Assembly (NCBI GenBank): GCA_001600695.1
Contig: BCKQ01000011.1
Span: 287,678-351,677 of the forward strand
DNA: 64,000 nt
Source: Ascoidea asiatica JCM 7603
Lineage: Eukaryota; Fungi; Ascomycota
Direction: 5' to 3'
Position numbers and translations under genes: made by a program. Below the pieces are notes generated by a model. That model was given only the letters and a program-made list of their open reading frames with translations. It was not told the origin of the DNA and ran no database searches. Below, piece after piece: positions 47,201 to 57,303 of this stretch; positions within the stretch are counted from its first letter, which is position 1, and every line of letters begins with the position of its first letter.

Positions 47201-48004
47201 GAAGAAATCAAATTGAAGAAATATTTAGATATAAAAATAGAATCCAAAGAAGTATTACAATATGATCCAATTAGGAAATCTAAATGGTCACAAGTTTTTA
47301 AAAATCAAAAGGGTATTTTAAAGATTTATGAACCAAATTATGTTAATCTTAATAAAATCACAGAAGATTATTCAAGTTCAGAAAGAGATGGAATTTGTTT
47401 ACCAAAAGGGTATTATTCAGAAGTTATGGAAGAATTTTTAAATGAATTGAAAATTTATTTTAAATTAAATAAAATTCAAAGTAAGATTATTCCAAAATTA
47501 ATAAAATTTGGATTTATTGAAAGTTCAATTTTTTTTAAAAATAATGAATATGAATTAATTGGACCATTTATAATAATTGAAGAAATTAAAAATGAATATA
47601 ATTTTATTAAAAAACTTGAGATTAAGAAGAATTATGAAAATAGTAATAATTATAATAACGAATTTGAAAACAGGAAAAAACTGGAAAAAAAAGAACTTAA
47701 AAATATTTTGAATAAAAATATAAAATTGAAATCGAGAATTTTAAAAATTAGTTTATTAGAATTAAAAGAAATTCATGATTTAAATGTTGCTCATGAAGAT
47801 ATTAAAGAAGATAATATAATTATAATTTTTAATAGGGATGGAATATTCAAAAAAGTAATTTTTATTGATTTTGGATTCTCAAGAGTTGAAGATGAAATTA
47901 CAGATAAGTTAAGAATTTATGATATAAATTGTTTAAGAAAGATTTTTTTCCCAAATTCTCCCGAATTGAAAACTATGGACTATGATCTATGTAATTTAGA
48001 ATGA
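44228..48004 (+). CDS. Large protein with a putative PD-(D/E)XK nuclease-like region and a C-terminal atypical protein kinase domain
   Basis: Kinase motifs GILKIY (Lys), FLNELKIY (alphaC Glu), IIPKL, HEDIKEDN catalytic loop and IDFG. The upstream MILLIDFK...ILKEILTFCLISNCFNFLIIDS...IIFLKFD segment resembles REase-fold modules. Confidence 0.7.
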   Translation: MATSVLNNQNFLYIIDSDDDYLDIDIDIDIDNESEKEIRNKNKNKNKNINNNQFLTYNSSHNGKKRTSKNIHIVSQQKQYNRAKRNQNYHSRNPSNFFRVNNGMNSDHFGEDSNTLHTINVTTDNDDDDDDESIILVKGETNINRLTPQPGNKRLKKELNNIEEEKINNSKRVKTKNIEKPFNYYSAHSNTRVNEKMKDFKSAPNSNIYSLYHKNFIKSEPISVGNITTDDSITNNSTTDISSTDVEYLPSGGIVDSKDFQEFNKSKKLKESQIDQESKETKEYSSSEESTDSEDSEDSEYDFDYEYQAYFSNEKNVYRKNLLQNFSDLNFDNFSFNGLQSLYLNNEKLILSFLLNFNKNETLNGLTKNWKILKLVLFLILPNFNKFINFINLIKINFTKENAEKSKSKTNNSNDNQDNTDIQTIPSSQNEKSKSKVRYKALKLEILESPYAEPINTFNPRKEQYPEIISEKENIYYETEDKIYDKDIDLKDVIGKDLIRNLYEILPSESSVNFNKLEIEERFNSKLYLTDNIILDDSIKSINKLLSYLNNIVKKISNKNITSENEEYNDNFEDFEDFENLIKFFEKIYFEPILSFFPNEDLSFFKNYRLENNDDSQNNENNDLIIKSCFIKEDLDLKLDKMILLIDFKLHTEVKLFKNFLKKKIKKKTYFVYQIISNILKEILTFCLISNCFNFLIIDSNQNKDNKNDEKDNEIIFLKFDLTDLELNDIPIDHLSSVKEIKFKYMIFSDYNISFNMSLLFILSVCLDDENNNQFEFNEYSYSYNSEFENEIENGNVIKNKEDKIESENEFENSFQEAVDKLKKEFKEQFNQSIGPESDNDENSKDNVNENMNDKSNEKSFDLSFDKSNVKLKSKKENKLENKYEYQVDEDGTKYKYLYQSNKVEDEHESEQDNMEYSSEYDEGNDHIYRSYEEIKEEVIRKLTYNSRSYKRQSIKRNGYRYCKNRFNLEKESIFNRNNDYEFNSYKDLKYEEIKLKKYLDIKIESKEVLQYDPIRKSKWSQVFKNQKGILKIYEPNYVNLNKITEDYSSSERDGICLPKGYYSEVMEEFLNELKIYFKLNKIQSKIIPKLIKFGFIESSIFFKNNEYELIGPFIIIEEIKNEYNFIKKLEIKKNYENSNNYNNEFENRKKLEKKELKNILNKNIKLKSRILKISLLELKEIHDLNVAHEDIKEDNIIIIFNRDGIFKKVIFIDFGFSRVEDEITDKLRIYDINCLRKIFFPNSPELKTMDYDLCNLE

Positions 48005-48858
48005 CGTTAATTTAACTAGAAGTCTTTAAATTTTTGCTCGGAATTATACTATATTATTTTCATTTCACTTATTTTGGTGGCTCTCTATTTGATTCAATTC
48101 AATTCAATTCAATTTGGTTCTGTTTACTTGCTTGTATTTTCCATAGGTTTTGGTCAATGAGCCATTTATGAAAACCAATCTGCGGCTGTTGAAATTCATA
48201 ATCTAGAAGTCTTTCCAGTTGTCATTTTGTTTCACTTCCAATTCTGTCTTATTATTATTATACTCTATATCCTTATTACTTTACACATTTATTATTTCAA
48301 TTATGATTTCCTATTTGGGACGTATATAAGCATTTTCATATAACTTACAGTAAATTATGGTCACAAAAGAAACTGAATCGGAATTGAAGTGCTAGCACGT
48401 GTAATCCCGTAAATTGTTAATACGGGGGTTTTGTATTTGTATATTTGACCGGTTTATGTAGACCCCGTCTTTAAGTACAAACCTCTAAACCGAGCACTAC
48501 CATCTCTGTGGGCCCGCCCCCTGCGGCTACCGCTGAAAAGCACCAGAACACGCAATCTCAACTTTTAACTCATTTGCACAAGGCAAGATTTTGATCCGGC
48601 AGGCAAATTTTTAACTTCACTCACTGGGATTTTGCATCTTCTGAGATAACAAACAATCTGAAGTAACCAACCTATTTTTATTAAACACATCTGGAATTAA
48701 TTATTTCTATTTCTATTTCTATCTTAATTCCAATTCCAATTTCAAAGACTGTTTTATAATTATTATATAACTGATTCAATTGTGGAAATATTATATTATA
48801 TATTATATTATATTAGAACCCTCACTTACATCTCAGTTTCTGAATTTTTTTATTGAAA

Positions 48859-49801
48859 ATGGCAGCTCCCTCTTCATCTTCTTCATCTGCTCCACCTCCT
48901 GTCACTGTTAAAGACAATTTAATTGCTTTAGCAAAGGTATGTTTATCATAATTCAATTTGTTCATTTTAATATGATTCATTTTTAATATAATTCAATTCA
49001 AATTTGGATTATATTGATTATTAGTCTCTTTGAGTCTTTAAATCTAGGAATCTCAATAACTAACAAATTTTTTTTATAATTCTATAGACAACTCAATTTG
49101 CTTGGTTTCTGGGTCATGTAATTGCATTATCAAGTGCATGTTTTTATTTTTTAACTTATAGATCAAGTGGTTTAATTAATCAATTATGGTATAAATTATT
49201 TTTTTTATCTGTTATTGAAAGTTTTAGTATTATAATTTATCAATCTTATAAAAAAAATTTAAATAATTTAAATTTTAAAACTATATTATCTGATGATAAT
49301 ATACAATATATTTATGCTGCTTTTATTTGTTTTTTTTTTCCAATCACAACTTTAGCTTTATTACCATTTATCTCATTCTCAATTTTTCATACTTTAACTT
49401 ATATCAGAGCATGTATTTTACCAGCTTTAAATTTAAATTCAAATAATAATTTCTCAGTTATTATTGGAAATTTTATTAGATCAAATAATGATAAATCTGT
49501 TAGATTAGCTGCAAATTTTGAATTAATTTTATTTGTTTGGTTAATTTTAAAAACTTTAGCATTTAGAAGATTTTCTTGGTTAAATTTAATTTTTTATTTC
49601 TTATTTATTAAATTAAGATATGAAAAATCAATTTTTACAAAACAAGCTTTATCTGAATGGGTTGTAAGATTTGATGGTTTAATTTCTGATCAAAGAATCC
49701 CAAATCAAATTAAATTAGCTTATGCTGAATTTAAATCAATAATAAGAAAATATTTGTCTTTTCAAATTATTTCAACTCCAGTTCCTTCAAAGAATCAATA
49801 A
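48859..49801 (+). CDS. POM33: Nuclear pore/ER membrane protein Pom33/Per33 (TMEM33), two exons: 48859-48936 and 49088-49801
   Basis: Intron 48937-49087 (GTATGT, AACTAAC at 49058, TAG). Spliced product ...LIALAK|TTQFAWF(CTG)GHV...SVIESFSIIIYQ...DDNIQY...LLPFISFSIFHTLTYIR...FIKLRYE. Entirely missed by the ORF track. Confidence 0.9.
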
Positions 49802-50357
49802 TTGATAACTGATTAATAACTATTTACTAATTATCTATATAATCAATAAACTAATCATTCAATTAATCAATTAATTAGATATATCAATAGATAAATTAAT
49901 AAATAAACAAAATAAATAAATGGTCAATTTAACCTAGTTAAAAATCTATTTATTTCAATACTAATTCTACAATCTATCAATCCTCCAATCCTATAATCTT
50001 ATAATATTACATAATATTTATAATCTTTACTTACTACTTACTTACTTACTTCGCTTACTTATTTATCTCTTGATTTACTTTATTCAAATATTACTACTAG
50101 TAGTACTTAGTTTAATTTTTATTTATTTTTATATTACTTTGTAACTGTTAGTCTACATTAGTACTCTTCTTATTTTAAGATTCAATTCTATTCATTTCTC
50201 TCTTTATCAACTGAATATATTTCTTACCATTATTATAACTTATTTCTATATCTAAATTGAATTAATTTCACTATTAAATATTTCTTGAAATTTATTTGTT
50301 TGGAAGTTTTTGTGGCTTTCTGTACGATTTCCGTTTTGGGAAATTAACAACAGCAAA

Positions 50358-50400
50358 ACGCGTTTCACCAATTTTGTGAAATCTTATTTTTTTTACGCGT
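50358..50400. promoter_or_regulatory. Two MCB elements (ACGCGT) upstream of MCM7
   Basis: ACGCGT at 50358-50363 and 50395-50400 in otherwise AT-rich DNA. Confidence 0.75.
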
Positions 50401-50611
50401 TTCAAACTTTTATTAAATTTCATTTTCTTATCCACTTTTATTGAATTGATATTTTAAATTATTATTATTATATTCAATGATTATATTATCACATTCAATT
50501 CTTTTATGTTTATAAAATATTCAAAATATTATATCTTTTTAGTTATTCATTATATAATAATAAGAACTAACTACAGAAGATTATAAATAAATTATAAAAC
50601 TATAATTAAAA

Positions 50612-53068
50612 ATGGATAATACTATACTACCTTCTGTTACAATTAATATTAATTATCAAAATGTTAAAACAAAAATAACTGATTTTATAGAACATTATAA
50701 AACTGAAGATTTATCAACTGATTTTATTTCCGAGTTACTTAATGATGATAACAATAATAATAATAATAATAATAGTAATAAAAATCAAAATCCTATTGGT
50801 AAAGGTCCAAAATATCTAAGTTTATTACAAAAAATTGCAAATAGAGAAGAAACTGTAATTTATATTGAATTAGATGATATAAAATCTTATGAAGAATCAA
50901 ATGCATTTAGAATTGGTTCTCAAGTTGGTAGAGATTCTTTAGTTGATCAAATAGTTCATAATGCTTATCATTATATTGAATTATTTTCTCAAGTTATTGA
51001 TGATTTATTACCAGAACCTGAAAATGATATAAGTTATAAAGATGATGTTTTAGATGTTATTTTACATCAAAGAAAATTAAGAAATGAAAGATTAGAAGAA
51101 GAAAGAGATGAATTAAATAATGGTATTTTAGGTGCAAATCAAAATACTCAAAATTTAAATCAAGATGGTAATGGTTTAATTCAAGAGCAAAAAAATGATC
51201 AATTTCCTCCTTCGTTAACAAGAAGATATTTTTTATATTTTAAACCTTTAACTGATTATTATGCAGGAAATGGTAAAGCTTTAGCTGTTAGAGAAGTTAA
51301 AGGAGATTGTATTGGTAAATTAATTACCATAAGAGGTATTGTTACTAGAGTTTCTGATGTTAAACCTTCAATAACTGTAAATGCATATACTTGTGATAAA
51401 TGTGGTTATGAAGTATTTCAAGAAGTTAATTCAAGAACTTTTCAACCTTTAATTGAATGTGAATCTGAAGAATGTAAAAAAAATCAATCAAAAGGTCAAT
51501 TATTTATGTCAACAAGAGCTTCCAAATTTTCTGCATTTCAAGATGTTAGAGTTCAAGAATTAGCAAATCAAGTACCTGTTGGTAATATTCCAAGAACTTT
51601 AGATATTCATACTAATGGACCATTGGTTCGTACTTTGAATCCAGGTGATAGTGTTGATATTACTGGAATTTATTTACCTGCACCATATACTGGATTTAAA
51701 GCTTTAAGAGCAGGTTTATTAACAGATACATATCTTGAAGCACAATTTGTTAAACAACATAAAAAAACTTATGATAATATTGATTTATCAGAAGATGTTG
51801 AGATGAAATTAGATTCAATCAGATTTCAAGGAAATTTTTATGAAAGATTAGCACAATCTATTGCACCTGAAATTTATGGACATGATGATGTTAAAAAAGC
51901 TTTATTATTATTATTAGTTGGAGGAGTTACAAAAGAAATGGGAGATGGTATGAAAATTAGAGGTGATATTAATATTTGTCTTATGGGAGATCCTGGTGTA
52001 GCAAAATCACAATTATTAAAATCTATAAGTAAAATTGCTCCAAGAGGTGTCTATACAACTGGACGTGGTTCATCAGGAGTTGGTTTAACAGCTGCAGTTA
52101 TGAGAGATCCAATTACAGATGAAATGATTTTAGAAGGTGGAGCCTTAGTTTTAGCAGATAATGGAGTTTGTTGTATTGATGAATTTGATAAAATGGATGA
52201 AACTGATAGAACTGCAATTCATGAAGTTATGGAACAACAAACAATTTCAATTTCAAAAGCAGGAATTACAACAACATTAAATGCAAGAGCATCGATTTTA
52301 GCAGCAGCTAATCCAATATATGGTAAATATAATAAAAGATTATCACCGGTTGAAAATATTAATTTACCAGCAGCATTATTATCAAGATTTGATATATTAT
52401 TTTTAATTTTAGATACACCATCAAGAGAAAATGATGAAAGATTAGCAGCTCATGTAACATATGTTCATATGCATAATCATCATCCTGATTTAGGTTTTGA
52501 ACCATTAGATTCTAATACAATTAGACAATTTATAAGTAAAGCAAGAACTTATAGACCAGTAATTTCAAAAGAAGTTGCAACATATGTAAGTAATCATTAT
52601 GTTAGAATGAGAGAAGAAAGTAAAAAAAATGAAGGTAGTGTAAAATATTTTGGGCATTCAACACCAAGAACATTATTAGCAATGCTTAGATTATCACAAT
52701 CTTTAGCAAGATTAAGATTTGATGAAAAAGTTACAATTGAAGATGTTGAAGAAGCTTTAAGACTTATAAAAGTTTCAAAAGCTTCATTACAACAACAAGA
52801 TGATGATGAAGATGATGAATATAATAAAGAAGATAATTCTTCAACTACAAAAATATTTAATTATATTAAAGAATTTGCAATAAATATGGCATATGATGAA
52901 AATGAAAGAGTTCAAATACCAATGGCAGAAATTGAAAGTAGAATTGTCTCAAGAGGTTTCACCAAAGGAGAATTTGATGATTGTATTACTACATATAAAC
53001 AATATAATGTTTGGCAAGTCAATAATAATGGAGAAACTTTGTCATTTATCAATTCTAATTTAGAATAG
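50612..53068 (+). CDS. MCM7: Replicative helicase subunit Mcm7
   Basis: AYTCDKCG zinc finger, GQLFMSTRASKF, Walker A MGDPGVAKSQ, IDEFDKM, LLSRFD arginine finger, PYTGFKALRAGLLT. Confidence 0.97.
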   Translation: MDNTILPSVTININYQNVKTKITDFIEHYKTEDLSTDFISELLNDDNNNNNNNNSNKNQNPIGKGPKYLSLLQKIANREETVIYIELDDIKSYEESNAFRIGSQVGRDSLVDQIVHNAYHYIELFSQVIDDLLPEPENDISYKDDVLDVILHQRKLRNERLEEERDELNNGILGANQNTQNLNQDGNGLIQEQKNDQFPPSLTRRYFLYFKPLTDYYAGNGKALAVREVKGDCIGKLITIRGIVTRVSDVKPSITVNAYTCDKCGYEVFQEVNSRTFQPLIECESEECKKNQSKGQLFMSTRASKFSAFQDVRVQELANQVPVGNIPRTLDIHTNGPLVRTLNPGDSVDITGIYLPAPYTGFKALRAGLLTDTYLEAQFVKQHKKTYDNIDLSEDVEMKLDSIRFQGNFYERLAQSIAPEIYGHDDVKKALLLLLVGGVTKEMGDGMKIRGDINICLMGDPGVAKSQLLKSISKIAPRGVYTTGRGSSGVGLTAAVMRDPITDEMILEGGALVLADNGVCCIDEFDKMDETDRTAIHEVMEQQTISISKAGITTTLNARASILAAANPIYGKYNKRLSPVENINLPAALLSRFDILFLILDTPSRENDERLAAHVTYVHMHNHHPDLGFEPLDSNTIRQFISKARTYRPVISKEVATYVSNHYVRMREESKKNEGSVKYFGHSTPRTLLAMLRLSQSLARLRFDEKVTIEDVEEALRLIKVSKASLQQQDDDEDDEYNKEDNSSTTKIFNYIKEFAINMAYDENERVQIPMAEIESRIVSRGFTKGEFDDCITTYKQYNVWQVNNNGETLSFINSNLE

Positions 53069-53660
53069 TTCTTTTATTATTTTTATCTATTTGATTATTT
53101 AGTTTATATCCATTCTTTAGTTGTACCATAATAAATTTCATAATAATTATATTCAGTTTCATTGTGAGACCACTTTTTTGGATCTTGTCTGAGATTGAGT
53201 GGCGAGTGGTGGCGGTGCTTTCTTAAATGTTAACTTCCTGCGCTGTTGTTCCGGCAAAGACTCAAAGAGCGTTGTTGTCGTTAAAGAAACGAAATCAAAA
53301 TCATCTTTTCCTATTTCTGGTTCCTATTTCTAGTTTCTGATTTAGGTTGAATTGAATCAAATTTATTTAGCTATATCTCTGTTTATATTCTCATTATTAT
53401 TCCTTTTATTTGTTGTAATATCGGTATTTGAAGTAGAAGTAGTGTTTGCAATTGTATTCCTAGTTGTATTGATATTTATGGTGTCATAAACATTGAATAT
53501 ACTAAAGGTCAGACAAAGAATCTGTCCAAAATAAGAACTTGCGTTTTAATCAAAAGTTTAAGTAAAGAATCTGATAAACAATCAAATAATTAAAGAATCT
53601 ATTCATATTAACTAATAGTAATATATTCATACAAATATATAAATATATATATTTATCAAG

Positions 53661-54158
53661 ATGTTATGGTTAACAGAAACACAAAGTAAGTATTTTAATA
53701 AAATCAAAAGCAAATTTTAATAGGTAATTGAATCACTTTACTAACTGAATATTTTTTTAATAGAATTTGGAGTTGGTTTCACAGCCTTAGGTGTAGTTAT
53801 GTTTTTTTTAGGAATGGTTACATTTTTTGATAGTGCATTATTATCATTTGGTAATTTATTATTTATAATTGGTTTAACATTAATTATTGGTTATCAAAAG
53901 ACAATAAATTTTTTTATTAGACCAAATAAAATTAGAGCAACTTTAAGTTTTTTAATTGGAATTTTTTTTATATTAATAAAACATCCATTTATTGGATTTT
54001 TAATTGAAAGTTATGGAATTATAAAATTATTTGGAGATTTTTTTAGTGTTATTATAAATTTTTTAAGAAATTTACCAATAATTGGACCAATATTATCACA
54101 TCCAAAAATTGCTCCATTTTTAGATAGAATATCTGGTAATATTATTCTGCCAGTTTAA
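53661..54158 (+). CDS. GOT1: Golgi transport protein Got1, two exons: 53661-53685 and 53764-54158
   Basis: Intron 53686-53763 (GTAAGT, TACTAAC at 53739, TAG). Spliced product [18 protein letters not shown]...[14 protein letters not shown]...LFGDFF...[10 protein letters not shown]...ILPV. Confidence 0.94.
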
Positions 54159-54411
54159 ATAATAGTTTTAATTTTTGCTAAATTTCATTTTTAATTTCTC
54201 TATGTATAATAAATATTAATATAAATAATAATAATAATAGTAGTAGTATTATTACAAGGTACGTTCATATTTGAATTGAATAGGAATACGAAGAGAGATA
54301 AAATAATATTAGAGGAGATATAATAAGATAATAAATGTATTAATGATTTTTTTTATACTTTATTTATTTATTTATTTAACTAAGTAAGTAAACTAATAAG
54401 TGATTAATAAC

Positions 54412-54771
54412 TTATTTAGCTTTTTGAGCAGCTTCAGTTGGTTTAACACGATTATCTTTATTAAATCTTGGTCTTTGTGGTGGAGTTCTAATTTTTCTAC
54501 CTTCTCTTGATCTAACTCTAACAATTTTAGCATGAATTGCACAAGAAATACAATAATATAATTTATTATATAATTTTGGTAAAACATATTCAGCATAAAC
54601 TGAAGCTTCACTTAAATCTCTAATTGCAGCAGTTTCAACTATACCTCTTTGAGTAACACGTTTAATTGCTTTATCTTTTGGTACCATTCTTGAACAATTA
54701 ACACATCTAACAGATGAGTTATGACCTCTACCTTTCTTATTTCTACCGTTGGAAGCTCTCTTTTTTGGCAT
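54412..54771 (-). CDS. RPS26: 40S ribosomal protein eS26
   Basis: [41 protein letters not shown]. Confidence 0.98.
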   Translation of the reverse strand: MPKKRASNGRNKKGRGHNSSVRCVNCSRMVPKDKAIKRVTQRGIVETAAIRDLSEASVYAEYVLPKLYNKLYYCISCAIHAKIVRVRSREGRKIRTPPQRPRFNKDNRVKPTEAAQKAK

Positions 54772-54782
54772 TTTGAATTAAA

Positions 54783-55486
54783 CTATTCAAATAAAAAAAA
54801 AAAATATTGTTAGTTTTTATGTTCGGAAGTTTTTGATTACTATTAATAGTCTAGAAATATAATTCAAAAATTTTTGATTATGAAAAATAGTCTAGATATA
54901 TTGTATATCACTTGGAAGTTTTGATTAATTGTTGTTTTTCTTTACTTTATCATATATAAGTTAATTATTTTAGTATTTTTCAATAATTAAAAATTCTGAG
55001 AGTTCATTACTAAAAATTGAGTAAGTGAATATGATTATCTTTACTTAAATAGGACTATATTAGAAATAAATGAAACACTTTTAATTGAGATCATAATCTT
55101 TATACTCATTAATGATTCATTTAATTTAACTTCATTTTCACAAGGAATCATGGAAGTTCTTATAGATTATTTTACAATATTTAAAATTATTCATTTGAAA
55201 TTTAAATGAAACTTCTATAATCAATTCCTATTTTTCTTGAATACTGATGAATTTTCTTTAAAATATTTAAAATTCGATAGAATTTCTATAATTTTATTCT
55301 ATTCCTCTATTTTAATTATTGATTTGAATGGAAATTGAAATTTCTTTTTGAATTTTTTGAATCTTTCATTTTTAATATTAGTTTTTTATGAATCTTCTTG
55401 GGAATCTAAATCTCGTTGAATACTATCCATTTCTACACTCATTTTTATTCTGATCTATTATATTCTATTATATTCTAATTACATAC
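54783..55486 (-). other. 5'-UTR spliceosomal intron of RPS26 (~704 nt)
   Basis: GTATGT at 55486-55481, branch AACTAAC at 54815-54809, TAG at 54785-54783, 11 nt before the ATG. S. cerevisiae RPS26 genes also have 5'-UTR introns. Confidence 0.75.
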
Positions 55487-55809
55487 TTATTATTATTATT
55501 ATTATTGTGATTTATGAACAAATTCAATATATTCTAATATAAAAATGAAATAAATTTTAATATATTTAATCTTGTATATTCTCAATATCTTCTAGTTTTT
55601 TCACTTGAAGTAAGGTAAGCGATAATTGAAATTGGCAATAGCAGTACTTGGTAGTAGTAGTAGTTAATCCAGTGCTTTGATTCTCTCGGCTCTGTTTCCA
55701 ATCACGATTTCGTTTTCCAGCGCCAGTTCATTCACTGCCACTGCTCAGAACCACCAAAGCCAGAAACACGCGAAATCAGCAGACCTCGTGGTGTAAACCA
55801 ACTGAAGGT

Positions 55810-55980
55810 ACCAAGTAGGGTATAGACCCGTGATTTGCACATGTTTCATTACAGTTTAATAAACCAGTCAAAAGAATAGAGCCCTTTTTGTAGACACATG
55901 ACTGAAATTATTCGAACACAAGGGCTCTTTTTAATGACTAATCGATTATGTAAGTACATCCTACATCCATACCATTTATG
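55810..55980. promoter_or_regulatory. RPS26 upstream elements (Tbf1-like palindrome, AGCCCT inverted pair, Rap1-like site)
   Basis: TAGGGTATAGACCC at 55816-55829; AGAGCCCTT at 55878-55886 with AAGGGCTCT at 55920-55928; ACATCCATACCATTT at 55963-55977. Confidence 0.45.
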
Positions 55981-57303
55981 TCTGTCCACATTTGTAAAAA
56001 ATAGTTTCCTGATTCGGATTTAAAACTGCCCAAATCTGGATCTGGAAGATTATGCAATTTTAGCACAACTGCTGTCAATTCCTGCGTGTGCTGTATGACA
56101 GCGGATGCGGCGGCAGTGCGCGGTATCCGTTCATTTCCCGGAATTAATAAATATTCATGAAAATTCATGAAAATTCATCAATTTCTCACTTTGAAAAATC
56201 ACAAACAAATTTCAGAAATGATCAGGGAAATAATCTGGGAAACAGAAATCAAAGAAATCAAAAAATGATCATAATGAAAATATTCAGAATATTGAGAGCC
56301 TTTTAAAGAATTGATCCCATTGATTTTATTTCATTAACTACGATAACAAATCCATTGATTCAAAAGTATCTTTTAAACCATTATTATTGTAAGATAAACA
56401 ACTTCTTCAAAGAAAAAAAAAACGGTTTAATTTCTTCTATTTCATATCTTAAGTTATGGAAGTTTCCTTTTCTTTTATTTTCTATTGTATTAAACCATCA
56501 GGTTGTCAGAGTTAACAGTTTACTTTTACATTTCATGGCTTCTAAAAGTACTTTTCTGAATCATTCTTAGATTTTTTTAACATTTCCTAACAATGGATTT
56601 TGAATATTAATAAATATCATTTATTTTTTACAATCATTGAGTAATAAAGGGTTACTGTAATAAAAGATTGCCTCATGATATTTTAAAATCTTAGACAATA
56701 ATACTATTATTACTGTACGAAAGAAATGTAATTGGAATTGACTCTCTATTTTATCCTTTATTTCCAGAGTTAAACAATTTATTTCTCGTTTATTCAATTC
56801 TTTTCTTTACTTCAGTTATCAATTGAAATCCTTAAAAGAATATCAAAAGAATATCAAAAGAAGAAGAATTATTATTATTAATTTACTTTTTAGTACGTAG
56901 TAACTAATAACATATCCATAATTTTTTAATTTACTTTATTACCTTACCTTTTTACCCACACACTCACTCACACAACACTCACTCTATCCAACCCCCCTTT
57001 ATTGTTCAACTTCAATATCTATTATCATCATATCATAACTCAATTTCTTTTCAACTTCTATTCAATTGTTTATTTATTTATTTATTTTATCTATTCATCT
57101 ATCCTTTAATTTTTATCTTATTGTTGTTTTCTTTATCTTTTATCTCTTAAATCTGATATCAAACAATTAATTAGTTTCAATTGAAATTCATTTCATTTCA
57201 ATTCAACAACTCATCTCAATTTTATATCTATTTATCTTTTGAAATAGATATGCTTAATAGTCTTAATCAAAAAAAAAAAAATTAAATTCATTTACAATTT
57301 ATA

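Noticed and set aside
50565-50576. AACTAACTACAG just upstream of MCM7, resembling a branch point plus acceptor
   Set aside because: No canonical donor (GTATGT/GTAAGT) between the MCB sites and this position.
54783-55486. Possible intronic snoRNA in the long RPS26 intron
   Set aside because: No C box (TGATGA) with a paired D box found on the transcribed strand.
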